A stretch of 62,556 nucleotides of DNA, counting the filler, from Porpidia crustulata (lineage: Eukaryota), in assembly GCA_964255105.1 (NCBI GenBank). It is 10 parts of 10 records of this genome, joined end to end, with 100 filler letters (N's around TTAATTAATTAA, not from the genome) between each part and the next. Parts side by side here need not be neighbours in the genome. Positions count along the whole stretch, not along the records: positions 12,541 to 18,709 come from CAXUWE010001615.1; positions 18,810 to 24,977 come from CAXUWE010001616.1; 8 more parts are not named here. One strand, given 5' to 3'. How positions within the stretch are numbered: the stretch's first letter is position 1; each line of letters starts with the position of its first letter. Under the pieces are notes generated by a model. It was given only the letters and a program-made list of their open reading frames with translations. It was not told where the DNA came from and made no database searches. Positions 12,541-25,077 of the stretch are shown here, piece by piece. The position numbers and the translations under genes were made by a program.

Positions 12541-14199
12541 GTGGTAGTGTGTGTTGCCGTTAAAAAGAAAGGATGCAGCAACTTCCTATTAGAAAGAGTG
12601 AAAGGATAAACCAGCAGCGAGTTTGTAAATAAAAAGCGAAGGTATATCGAGTCCGGATGTCAGAGCATTATTCCACAAGAATGAATTGGAACAGCAGAGG
12701 GGGGGTGAGCCTTATTAAACCCAGATAACTAAATACTGGATGGAAAGGTGACAGCAAAACACACCGATCGAGTCACACAAACATGTGTCTTTACCCTAGC
12801 TTGCCTTATCTCCACACGTGGTTTGGGGTTGGGGGTGGAAGAAATGGGTTGATAAGATGGAAGTAAGATACCAAGCACCCAAGGTGTGGACTGCAAGTCT
12901 GTCCCTGTCAGCATCACAGTAACCCAATTCACGAAACAGTCATCCCCGCATCCTTGTGCGAACCTTACCGCTCCTTTCAGCCAACCAGCATCAACCGCTG
13001 TAGTTCCCTTCTTTCGCACGCTCTCGCAAGCGAAGCATCTCCGACGTATGTGCTACCACACCGCGAATAAGAAATCCCTACCGCTGCTCGCATGGCTCGC
13101 AGGGATCTCCTCCTCACCGTTGCTTGTGAATGTGGCTGTTTGGGGGCGGAATTTGCTGATAGGGTGATTTCTTTTCCTTCACAGCATTCGGGTCTAGAAG
13201 GAGGGGGAGGACCAATCGGTCGGTTTTTGGCTGTTTCGAGGGCTGCATAGAAAGTGAAGTGAAGTGAAGGGGACATTTCAAGGCTGAAAAAGACCCCGCC
13301 GCCAGCTGAATGTGAATAGGTACCTTATTCGCTAAATTACTATGTAAATCCACCCCAGCAAAGTTAGAACACCGGCTAGCGAGACTAGCGCCATCAAAAT
13401 CGCCGAGCCCTACAGTGTCAAAAATCCGCCCTATGGCTTGCCAGCGTGATTCCGATAAATGCAACCTCCATGGATCACACACACGGAGCCGGTAGCTAGA
13501 TGCGTGTCCTCAAACCCACAAAATCTAAACAAATGATAACCACGAACTCGATCTCACTCCTTCGAATCCAAAACCGCCCCCTAGAAAAGCATTTCCATAT
13601 GGCTATTTTATTTGGAACATCCCTACGCCACGAGATGATCCCACGTGCGAGACCGGGATGATCAGGAGTTTTTATCATGCACATCCGTTGTTGCTGACCT
13701 TGCTTCCTACAGGGCCGAGATGAAACGGAACCCTGTGCTCTGAAACACTTCATAATATAAAGAGCCATGATTGTCGATGATAGGATTCTGATTTAGGATC
13801 TAACGAATTCGCCGGACACAGGAGCAAATTTGATCATATCTGCTCTTTCGTGCGGTGATCCGCCTCTGTAAATCCTGAAATCGAGATCAGAGTTTTGAGC
13901 ACGACGATACATTAGCTTCTCTCACATGTGGGAACTATGTCGGGCTATTGCAGACGTATCAGTACGTTTCACAGTCAGACTGTCTGACAGTAGCATCATC
14001 TCCACATCATTGCGTTTCGTCTACGTGATTACAATGCATACCGAATGACAGCTGATGATTCACTGTCTTCGTTAACATTACCGAAAATGGTTTCTGTGCG
14101 TTGTGTATAGGACAGGTGCTTATTGGCCGCCAAGCGAAAGCTACCACCCAGATGGCGCATGTAGTGTTGGCGCTTTGCTTTCCTTTTGCTTCCCGGTGA

Positions 14200-14489
14200 A
14201 GAAGTTGCAGATGAGCAAACCTTGGAGAGAAGAATCGTCGAGCAGAACAAGGATACATGCCGACCGAGCTCTCATCGCATACTTGCAACGTCAAAAGAAA
14301 CAGTACAAGGACGCCGAACCGTTATATCATCCAACGTGAACTGGATATAAACAGAAGCTTGAAGAGCACCATCCGGCTACTGCAGCATGTTTACGGCATT
14401 ACTTCTCGATGCTTGAGGAAGAAGAGACCAAGCGAGACAGAGGATCGATGGAATATAGGAAAGAAGTTCACGAAGAAGCTGAGGCTTAG
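14200..14489 (+). pseudogene. Degenerate C-terminal fragment of a TPR-repeat (NB-ARC/TPR NLR-type) gene
   Basis: LIAYLQRQKKQYKDAEPLYHPT*TGYKQKLEEHHPATAACLRHYFSMLEE resembles the terminal TPR/cap of fungal NLR-TPR proteins. It has an in-frame TGA at 14337-14339, and I found no intact upstream ORF. Confidence 0.55.
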
Positions 14490-16054
14490 ACATCAGAATA
14501 ACCAAGCGGTGGAGCAGAAAGCGTCACTAATTGTCGACCGTCAGGAGGTCGCGAAGATCGTGGAGGTTACATCTCACAGCTTTGGACACAAGAGAAATCG
14601 AGTCAACACTTATGAAGAGTACTGAGAGGAAAGCTAGTCATCTTTCGATGGAGCGAAGAGCAGGTTGGTCGGACCCAAAGGAAGAGTGGAAGGGCAATGG
14701 CAATCGTCAACCAGCCATCGACTGGAGAAGGTGCGTGGAAACGAGGCTATGAATCATGCTCTCAATGTTTTGCAAATGGAACGGCATGGAATGCGAAAGA
14801 ACTCGACAGGATTGCAGGTTCTATCACTTGGATAGGAATAGCAATCACTGCTACTGTGAATATCGCAATACCAAGGTATTTCCAACTCTTTACGTCTATA
14901 AAGCACGCTTTTGATGGGGAGACTTTTGTGGGTCAGGATCGAATGCGCGATCATAAAGCCCACCTATCAGAGACTCTCGGAGCATTCCTACCTCACCGTT
15001 GTAAACTAAACCGGCCGAGAAATTATAAGCGAGATACGGGAATCCCCACCCGTCAGATTGGCTTTCGCTCGGAGTTTTAAGGCTTGGAGCGACCCGCCCC
15101 GCCCCAACCAATCTTTAATGTTCGCATCATCCCGTAATTTGATCGGAAATTTTTGACGAGAGGAGAAACTCATTCCTCCCCAAGGACTGAAGACAAAAAA
15201 CAGATCGACAATGACGATGATAAGTTGGATCGCTCTGACAAATGTGGTAGAGCCTTCAGCTTTCGGTGATTTTATTTGATGCTCCAGAGACCTGCCAGAT
15301 GGCTATTGTTATGAATTGTTATGAATTATTGTGAGCGTTACTGGGCCAGGTTTTCCATCGGCAACCCTCAGCCGTTAACCTTAAGGTTTACCCAAGACAA
15401 CATCACCACTTGCCCGCTCGAATCTCGTCCAAAGATCGCCGAGGCGGGCGGGGTGATTTACGGGCCTGGTGCAGCTCAGCATAAAGGTATCGTCATCTAC
15501 AAGCAGGCCTAATGGAAGCTACAGCTGCTGCAATCCTGAATAATCAATTGAAAGAGGATTTCAATCTCGACCGACATACTCCGGAAATCATCGCACCACT
15601 AGGAACATTCCACTCCTAATGCCTTCTCCGCACGAGACGCGTCAAGTAACGGTCGAACTGATTCGCAAACTATCTTGATTTGACGTTGAAGCCGTTCAGA
15701 CCTGTTGAGACTTGACTGTGCCGAGTACAGCCGATTCCTCATGCATCAGCTTTCGGACTCGAATGCTTATTGCTTCAATGGCCTTTATGCGTGCCTATCA
15801 AGTTTCGGCGTCACATTACATGGCGAGCACCTCCTCGTACACCCAACTTGGCGGGGACAGCCAGCCTCTGAGAACTTAAGAGGAGCCAAGCCCGCCATTG
15901 AGCGAAAAGAATCTATACGTCAATTGGCCAACATAGGCTTTTTCGGCATCGAGTTTTTCTTTCTACCTCTCTCATATATAGCTACGAACTCTTAAGGCAG
16001 TTCTGTAGCTTTTTAATGTGACCCTCGAGAGTTGTCGTTCTCATCGACCTCAAT

Positions 16055-18377
16055 ATGAAGACATTCAAGACTCTTCTCGCTACCTTTTCTGCATTCTGCT
16101 GGCTAGCTCAAGCAGGCGTCATCCATCTTGACGTTACCAACAACGGTGACATCACTGTTGACATTGATTCAGGACCCCAAGACCTGCAAAGTGAGAACCC
16201 TTGCGTTGAAAGTGATGACAATCCATATCACCAGGTAGAGACTCAGCATACTATCTTTGATCAGTATGATGTCACTCTTCCGTACGAGGTCCATCGTGGT
16301 TTTCTCTCGGTAAGTCTGAACCTAGATTAAGGGTAAACTTCCTGCTGAAGATATGCAGGATGATAGCAGCTACGTAAAATTCAGCAACATCCCATTTGCT
16401 GAGCCGCCGGTGGGCCCACTACGTTTCAAAGCCCCAGTTCCTCCTCGAAAGAAGAGCAAAGATGTCAACCAAGGCTTAAAGGAACGTGTTTGCCCTCAGT
16501 ATCAAGTCGGCTGGGTGCCAGATGCTCTTAACTTTCTCAATTGCTACGCCGGGGCTCTGAATGAAACACAGTATTGTTCCTTCAAGGACAACTGGACTGA
16601 ACCCATTGATCCGAGCCGCTATTCGGGATTCGATGGAAGTGGTTCAAACGAAAAAGGCAATAGCCGTCCTTCCCCACCATTTCTGCTAGCTAAAATTTTC
16701 CAGCTGATGAAGATTGCTTGTTGCTCGACGTATTTATTCCTAAGTCAGTATGGGACAACAGAGCTGAAAGTAGGGTTCACGGCAAATTTGGTTATTTTCT
16801 GGTAGCTAAGTGTTGTCTAGAAGTACCTGTCGTGGCTTGGATCTTTGGTGGAGGGTACTCTATCCCTTTCTCTGTTTAGGAGTCTAGAAATCTGCTTATA
16901 GCACACAGCTACATCTTTGGCTGGAAAAGCCAAGCTGGCGGCCCTGAACCACTCCTCCAGGCCGCTAAAGAACAGAACAAAGACATTATTTACGTATGCT
17001 TCAAAGCCTTTTCTTCCTGCATACTGTTTACTGACCGGATGAGATAGGTAGCTATGAACTACCGACTTGGAGCCCTTGGCTGGTTAAATGGCCCTAGATT
17101 TATTAGTGAAGGGGGTACACCAAACGCCGGTCTTCACGATCAACGCCTCGCTTTGAGCTGGATCCAAGAGTATATTGGTCTCTTTGGAGGCGACAAGAGC
17201 AGGTGACAGTGACGTTTGTCGCTATTTTGTCTTATATCGACTAATCTTGATACCTAGTGTCACTGTCATGGGTCAGAGCGCTGGTGGTTCAAGCATTCTA
17301 CATCACATTGTTGCCGGTGCCGGTGCTGAAGAATTCAAACCCCAATTTTCGCAAGCGATCCTGCAAAGCCCGGCATTCTTCCCTGAAGGTGATCCGTTCT
17401 CGTCGGATGATGTCTATAACGAGTTCAAAGCTCGACTAGGTGCTCGCAGTGGCAGCCTTGACGATCTCCAGGCAAAGAGCCCTTTTGTGATCCAGATTGT
17501 CAATGCTCTTATGACCTATTACTCCGATTACGGATTATTCAAATTCGGGCCCAAGGTGGATGATGGATACGTACCGCGACTTCCAGGACAACTTCTGTTG
17601 AATAATACATATCATAAAGGTATACCGATGATACTTGGTCATACCTCCCTTGATGGACTTCTCTTCACGCCGCCTTGGATCCGGAGCGACCAGGCCCTCA
17701 GAGACTACATGCTTGACCTTTATCCAGCTACACCTGATACAGTCCTTGACACTATGAAGAAATACACTTATTACGGAATACCGGATAAAAAGGAAACCTT
17801 GGAGATAACCAAGATCAACGCCGTTTCTGATCTTTTAGACGACATTGCCGTCTCGTGCAACAATCATTATCTAACCAGCGCAGTCGTGAAAAATGACTCT
17901 ACTACTCCGATCTGGAGATATCTGTTCAGTGCCAGGCCGGCGATTCATGGGTCGGATGTGCCTTTCACCGTTCGTTCGCCCTTACCGCTCCTCTAACCGT
18001 CCAGCTTGCTCACCCAGTCTTAGTACTATCCGACCGAAGATCCACCTGCATTCGTCATCCCTAAAATGGCCAAATTCATGCAACAGAAATACGTCAACTT
18101 TATTTTGAATGGTAATCCGAACGGTGGCGAGGACCTGGTATGGCCAAGATACGAGGAAAAAGCACTCAAACCGTATCGATCCGTCATGAAGTTTGGCGAC
18201 CTCTTGCTTGGTAACTTCTCGTCCGTCATCACAGATCCAATGAAACATTATCGATGCGATCTTTGGCAGGACGCTCCATTCAGAGAACCCGACGACGAAT
18301 ATATGCCGGAGAAGCAGGGTCCTCACAACCAGTTGGAGCAGGTGATGCCGCCGCCTCTCGTGCTCCAAGGAGTATGA
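16055..18377 (+). CDS. Secreted type-B carboxylesterase/lipase (alpha/beta hydrolase), multi-intron
   Basis: Signal peptide, FSNIPFAEPPVGPLRFKAP, EDCLLLDVFIP, VVAWIFGGGY, VAMNYRLGALGWL, NAGLHDQRLAL, nucleophile GQSAG, catalytic His in AIHGSD. Confidence 0.9.
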
Positions 18378-18709
18378 TATGGCAGAACCGAAGACATCAC
18401 ACACGACTTGTCGTCAACCTTCGAATATCTCCGACACTACCACAGAACCTTCTCCGCCGCACAAAGTCAACCTTTTGCGCTGCCCGATCAAACTATTGCG
18501 CGGCTTCTATATTCAACAATAGAAATATCCGTTGCTCCAAGCCATACCGAAGGCTCACAACAGCCGAGGCCGCTTAGTCTTTCTGACTAATTTCCCTTCC
18601 GACATCTTCTTGCGATTTCCACCGCATAAAAAAGGTTTCGTCACTCATCGTGTATCTAAAGGTTTTTGCTCGAAAACATCAAAAATTGACCAAAAACAAA
18701 AGACTCTTC

Positions 18710-18809
18710 NNNNNNNNNNNNNNNNNNNNNNNNNNNNNNNNNNNNNNNNNNNNTTAATTAATTAANNNNNNNNNNNNNNNNNNNNNNNNNNNNNNNNNNN
18801 NNNNNNNNN
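18710..18809. other. Artificial contig spacer
   Basis: N44-TTAATTAATTAA-N44. Confidence 0.99.
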
Positions 18810-18889
18810 AGCATTTATTTCTTCGTTGATTTACCCCCATAGCTAGGTAGTTAGGAGGCCCCTGACATTCAGCTGATGATACTATGTAG

Positions 18890-19663
18890 AAGTTCTGAAG
18901 TGGGATATCCCACATCTGCTCCCTCTTTCAACGATCGAGAATATCCAGGACCGGAGCAAAGCCGACATTCTCACAAAAGTCTTTGCATGCGTACAATCAG
19001 CGTGGCTTGTCGTGCAGAGCATAACGCGAGCGTCCGCAGGATTACCAATCACAGAATTCGAATTGACAACCATGGGTTTTGTCGTCTGTGCATTAATTAT
19101 GCACGTTCTTTGGTGGAACAAACCATTCGACGTGGATCAGAGAACCATCATTCAGCTAGATTATCCCGAGCGTTTCCTAGTCCGCCTTGAACAAGATGAA
19201 TTGTTACCGGGCGCAGCTCAGTTTACCTGGCGTGTGTCGGACGTGGGCCCAATAAATATGGACAACATAGTCAAGGACGAACGAATTGAACTTCAAGCTC
19301 TGGTGTTTTATGCGAGCGCCTTGATTTTCTCTGGCATACATATTGCAGCATGGAATTGGAAGTTTCCGTCGTCATTGATTCGAACACTGTGGAGAATATA
19401 CTGTCATAGCTGTCGGCGACGTCACCTTTCATACGTCTGCGTTTTCGTACTTCAAATTCCAGTCTGAGCCGAATTTTGACAGCAATTTCGGGAGATTTGT
19501 ATATTTCCTGTACGAAAATGTTCGGGTCCTTGATGTCGTCTTGGACATATATATTGCTGCACGTATCGGACTCATCGGTTTAGTCTTTTATTGTTTCTCG
19601 TCGATGCCAGTAGATGTCTATAAGACGGTGGATTGGACAACAGCTTTCCCGCATTTCTCCTAG
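18890..19663 (+). pseudogene. 3' part of an uncharacterised fungal multi-pass membrane protein, frameshifted near 19400 (pseudogene or sequencing error)
   Basis: IQDRSKADILTKVFACVQSAWLVVQSITRASAGLPITEFELTT...WWNKPFDV...IHIAAWNWKFPS...LWRI. The conserved-looking tail IYIAARIGLIGLVFYCFSSMPVDVYKTVDWTTAFPHFS* lies in a different frame. Confidence 0.65.
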
Positions 19664-19971
19664 GCGATGCATTATAGGTTGTACTTGATTTTGATTTCAA
19701 TGTATTGATCAGTATTTACGGTTCGGGTCAGACTTTACTCCCTTAATGCAGAATTCGTCGCAATTCAAAGAACAGCCCGACTATGGATATTGTGATATTG
19801 TTTCCTCTTCTTAGAATATTGAATTGGCAAAGTCGGTCGCTGTCTGCATAACGACCAGCCAAATAGAAGATCATTATGTTACTATACGAAGGTCTTCAAT
19901 TTCTATACACATTGTTACAACTACTGATTTATTGCATCCTACATCATTACCGCCCTGCCCAATTAAATTAC

Positions 19972-22900
19972 TCACCACTCGCAAGACCCCAACTCCCAAG
20001 CAAAACTCTGAAAGCTTGTGCTGGAGTAGGTCCCACACTGCACAGTCTTCGGCACAGGCGGCACTGTACATTTTATCGGAGCAAGTCCCTGGCACCTTAA
20101 CGCCGCTGCAGTTGATATTCCATCAAGGATACATCCTACGGCTCCGTGAGCGGAAAAAGGCCCAATTTGGAAAGGCATTTGGGCGCCTGGGCCAAATTTT
20201 GAGGTCTGGGTGTAGTTACCAGGCCCGGCGCATGGGTCGGCGGATGCGCCGCCAAGGATCTCGTACACCCGGGCCGTATCGATACAGGGGATGGTGGTGC
20301 AATCTGCGTAGTTGAAGGCTAGAATAGCGACCGTAGGTTCACTGATTACGATGGGAGGGGGTGCAGTCGGTGCTGGCATGAGAGGGTACGATACAGTAGC
20401 CGGGAGAAGGTCTACCGAGACAATGGAGGGCGGAAGAGTGGAGGTTGGGATGGTAAGGCTCGATGTTGCCGTAGCTGGACTTGCCGTGGGTGTACAAGCT
20501 TCTTCGGTACGTTGGATAAGTAAGGGTGCTCCGATCAATCCAACCAGGTCGTAGTTGAATGTCATGGAGTTGACATCGTAGGCCCTCGTGAAAGAACCAA
20601 AAGCTGTTGGTAAAGGCAGCGTAGCAACATTATGGTTCGCCTGATAATGGAGAATGCTATTGGTCAAAGCGCTGGCGGTACTGACTATGAGTGCGTTCTG
20701 ACTAGCGACCTTGGCATTGATCCAGGAGGAGTATGCGGGAGCCCATGTTGCGGACATCGGTGCTCCGCCAAGTGCAGAAGTGATGGGTTGGCCGCAGCCA
20801 GCTTTCTTCCTGAGCAAAGCATCGATCCCTTGGAAAGCTTGGTAAATGCGCGTGTTCGTGTCTTCAAATAGCTTCTTCACTTTAGGATCCTGAACCATTG
20901 ACATTACGACTGCCATATTCCCGAGTAGGCTTAACATAGCGTTCGGGTTCCCTCTATGTTTGAGAATACCTTGCAGTCCAGGATTCCAAAGCTGGTGACG
21001 AAAGTTAGCTTAGCTAAGCATGAGTGAAGGTGGTGAACGAAAACGGGACGAAGCTACATATATCTTTGAGGTTTCCAAGATTGATTAGAGAACGTTAAAG
21101 AAAATGGAGGTATGCTTAACAAGCAATAATTTCGATCATCATAAGCGTCAAGGTCGCCCTTGGAGATGACTACTGTATGAGCTGGAGAGGAAGAGGGGTG
21201 GAAAAAAAAGACATATGATGAAATAAATGAACAAGAAAGGTATTGCGAAACTAAGAAAGTGTAATGACCGGTGGTAGAATTGTCAACCTACACTTCCTTT
21301 CAAGCTATTCAGTCCAGCGTCCATTCCGAGAAAGTCGGGATTCTCAAATGAAGCTAGCTGCGCGAATATGGTATTGAGGCGGGTACCTGTGCCTCCGCTA
21401 ATGGTGCTCACGGTATTTATAGGATCAAAAAGGCCCTGTATATTGGGACAAGTAAAGCCTGTAGCAATTTGATGCTGAAAGAACTCATCCAACGTCCCTT
21501 TTTCGTCTATCGTTCATAGTCAGCTGAATGCTCACAAATTACTTTTTCTCATCGTGTCGTTTTGATGGAGAAACCACTTACAGACATGGTCAATGTTGAC
21601 CGTCTTCCCCCTGCTGCCTCCTATCAGATATCCATCTGCTAGGACTTGGGCTGTATCTTTATACGCCCATCCCGGAGCTGCACAGTTGGCGCCAGCTGTT
21701 GGTACGGCCCAGTGTGTACCTGTACTGAAGAAAGCTACCAGAGACGGGTTTGGAGTTGCCTCAGCCGATGTTATCTGATATCCAGCCGGATAATTCGGTT
21801 TTGGAGTATAAGCAGCAACCGAGCACATATTTCCCCCAACCTTAGACGTTGCAGTTGCAGCAGCCCTTTTATCGAGGAATACTCGTCCAGCTAATGCTCT
21901 ATTTTGCTGGGTATTGTCGTCCACAGCAGGATAAGAATCGTACAGAAATCCGCAAGTACCACAACTGATAGCCGAAGTCGCACATGCTGTACTCGTAGTT
22001 GCTGTACCCGTAGTTGCTGTACCCGTAGTTGCTGTACTCGTAGTTGCTATACTCGTAGTTGCTGTACTCGTAGTTGATGTAGTCGACTTAGATGCGCTGG
22101 TGCTTGGCGTAGACTGCGCCTGGCTTTGAGATGGTGATTCCGGATTCTTGGGCCCTGCAACTTCATTAGGATGATGTTTCCCAATGCTACAGTCTATCTT
22201 GGGTTTATGAAGCTAAGCCAGTGGGATAGGACCTACCTGATCCAGGTGGGACTGCAGGTGGAATCACTGGTGGAATTACTGGTGGGATCACTGGTATTAT
22301 TGGAATAACTGTCCAAGTTAGTGGAAACTCGCCGACCAGTAATATCAATTTTGAATAATCATAAAGATACAATCCCATCCGATAATATGCAAATGATTGG
22401 AGGGAATTACCTGGTATGATGCCGCCCGATGCTGCAGTACTAGTTGAGTGCTTTGAGTTTGTCTTCGGGGTCGTGGTGGGGATAGCAGAGGTCTTTGATG
22501 AAGTGTTCACAGTCTTCTCTTTGGATGATGTTGGGGAGGCGCTTGGAGGTACCGTACTTACAGGTACTGCTGTCGAAGAATCTCCGGTTGGTTTGTCGGC
22601 GACCACAGATGTCGAATTAGAAGGTAGCAAGCCAGTAAAGGGTGGGACAAGGAAGGAGGCGGTTTTTGAAGCTGTCTTAGTGGGCTTTGGAGTCGCGTTT
22701 GCTAGAAATACAGTATCCAAAAACGCAGTGATATTTGCAATTGCTCCGCTAATCAGAGCAGCACTCTCTGAAGGAGAAAGGGACTCCGTAGATACAGAAC
22801 CCGAATTTAGTACTTTGGAGCTTGGACGCTTGCTTGGACTTTCGGTGCTTGCTCCATGGATTTTCGATCTTGTTACATTATTTAATGGAACAGGAGCTGA

Positions 22901-23236
22901 AGGCCTGACTTCCGAAGACGATTTTCGCACAGCAGTATTTCTTGTTGCATTATGATGGTAAAGGGTGGTTCGATCGACCAGTAAATTTCGACCGGAATCA
23001 AGGCAGACGACATCCCCATTGATGGTAACAGGTGCACCATTAGGTGACAGAGTATGGCTGGCAATGATCACATGGGCGGGATCAAAGGTGTATGTACTCG
23101 CTTTGACTGTTATCGTAGCAAGATTATTCGCTGTCTCGTCGCCGAGGATGTTTCCATGTATGGAGTCGCTAGCACGGACTTCTTGCAGGCAAAAGAAGGA
23201 AAGCACAGCTATGCTTAAAGAATGTATTGGGAACAT
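19972..23236 (-). CDS. Large secreted protein: signal peptide, Ser/Thr/Pro-rich region, KR site, DHVYE...NSLKG domain, Cys-rich C-terminal module
   Basis: MFPIHSLSIAVLSFFCLQEVRA signal. Exons at about 23236-22393, 22337-22236, 22156-21581, 21506-21292 and 20993-19972, with canonical splice sites linking ORFs 22205-23269, 21532-21924, 21283-21492 and 19972-20937. Confidence 0.7.
21985..22074 (-). repeat. 15-bp coding tandem repeat x6 (TT[S/G][T/I]A)
   Basis: The plus-strand unit TGCTRTACYCGTAGT is repeated six times. Confidence 0.9.
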
Positions 23237-24747
23237 GTGGCCAAGATAAAGAGTGAAATGTTCCAACAAGAGCTATATACAGAATGCCAACAAATGGTTC
23301 CTTGTCTCTGCACAACTAAAGCACAATACGCCTGAAGTGGGCCCAGACATAATCTTATATCAACATGAAGACCCTCTCTACGAGCTACTTGTAGATCAGA
23401 TGAAATTGCCAGAATGGCATCAAGCCGGTAGGGAGATTACCTTGGGTTCAAGTGACCGTCTGACAAGAAGGCAGATTGGTGAAAGTATCCATTGCCATAT
23501 TAAGCTCTATGGTGGCGCGATGGGCTGTTTCGAGAGGAGCCGGAGTCATATGAATCCCGCTTTCATTTGGGGTCCAAGAAGTTATCCATGTGTAGATCTT
23601 CTTAATCGTGCACTGACTATTATATGCTTCGGGGTCGTTCTGGGAGGAAGGCTTCAGTGTTTCCAAGAGTCGTAGAATCCACTTTTTCAGCACCGCTTCA
23701 GCGTGTAAATGAGATCACGGCGGTGAGTAAGGAGTAAGGAGCTTGATAGTCATGGCACTGCGACCCAACGATACGAGATCGAGACCAAGAATTAGGACGA
23801 TCTCCTAGTGCACCCTTATCCGATGGAAAGACGGGAAGACGAAGACGTGACGACAATGCTAATGATTTGATAACAGGCGATGATTACTTATTGGTGCGCA
23901 AATATGAACGTTTGCAATGGAGTGATTGTTACCCAAAGAGCCAATTTACATAACTATAGACACTACTCAGATGCTAAGTCACCGAAGTAAAAGAGATGCT
24001 CGAACTGGTTTCTGTCTGTCGATTCCATTGCATGGACTCCTGACTACTCAGGAAAGATTTTGATGCTGCCGCTCTCGGATCTATTTTCAGAGAGTTCAAC
24101 GATTTTCGACCTAGGAAACAGATCGCGAAGACGTCCCAGTATCTAGTTCGCGCGGTGAGGAATACGGGTACATCAGAAGACGTGATAGGGACCATACAGA
24201 CAGATGAGGGAGACTTGGTGCAATCCTTGAGAGACGAATTTGAGTGGTCTAGCGTTCATCAGCTGGCTCAAGTTTCCGGTTCATGCTATCTATCCCGTGT
24301 CCGAACAGTAGCTAAGTGTACCCTCCAAAACTATGTATCATCATACGGCGATATTATTACCCAAATCGAGCGCTGTACGCCGATAACTTCTTCTTCTGCG
24401 ACTGAGCTTTCATCTTCTTGGCGGCGAGTGTATCTATCATAACAATCGCAAACTTCGCGACAACTCGCTTTATTGCAGAATTTATAGATTTATAGATATG
24501 TTTGTTGCCTTTTTGAGCTTCAGAAATCGGTGATTTCTGCCATAGTGAAGCTTGATAGTTACTTTGGTCCTTTTGAAAAAGTTCTGACAACTTGAGATGT
24601 TTACCTTTAGAAAAGACCAAAACATCCCTTTGCTAACACCCCTACTTTACGCATATCCGCAGAGGCCCGGTATCATTCTTATCCACTACTGTAGCGCCCG
24701 ACGCCAAAGAACGCTATCTCTCCACTACAGAGAGAATGTGCCTTTTG

Positions 24748-24977
24748 GAGTATTCCCGGGCCCGTGCACGTTCCGGTCCCGTGCACACCCTAAACCCGAT
24801 TTGTAACCCATACTATTTTTATTATTATTCAACCATTATTCATAGAATCAAATTGCAATTAATATAGAGAGTTGTCGATATCTATATAAAGCTTTCAAGC
24901 TATAAGAACCAATCATCAAATAGCTTAAGAGCTTTGAATTGCCTTCCAGCTCGCGTAGACCTGATTTGACTTGATCC
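24748..24977. mobile_element. Possible terminus of a DNA transposon at the contig end
   Basis: Near-identical direct repeats TTCCCGGGCCCGTGCAC (24753-24769) and TTCCGGTCCCGTGCAC (24771-24786), followed by an abrupt AT-rich tract running to the break. The partner end is not visible. Confidence 0.35.
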
Positions 24978-25077
24978 NNNNNNNNNNNNNNNNNNNNNNN
25001 NNNNNNNNNNNNNNNNNNNNNTTAATTAATTAANNNNNNNNNNNNNNNNNNNNNNNNNNNNNNNNNNNNNNNNNNNN
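24978..25077. other. Artificial contig spacer
   Basis: N44-TTAATTAATTAA-N44. Confidence 0.99.

Noticed and set aside
16640..16703. Possible GC-AG intron in the carboxylesterase (AAAG|GCAATA)
   Set aside because: Upstream GT donors (GTGGTT, GTTCAA) have the same phase, so a non-canonical site is not required.
20994..21291. Unusually long (about 300 nt) intron as a hidden exon or ncRNA host
   Set aside because: Phase-0 GT-AG splicing is sufficient, and I could not identify snoRNA boxes or a coding micro-exon.
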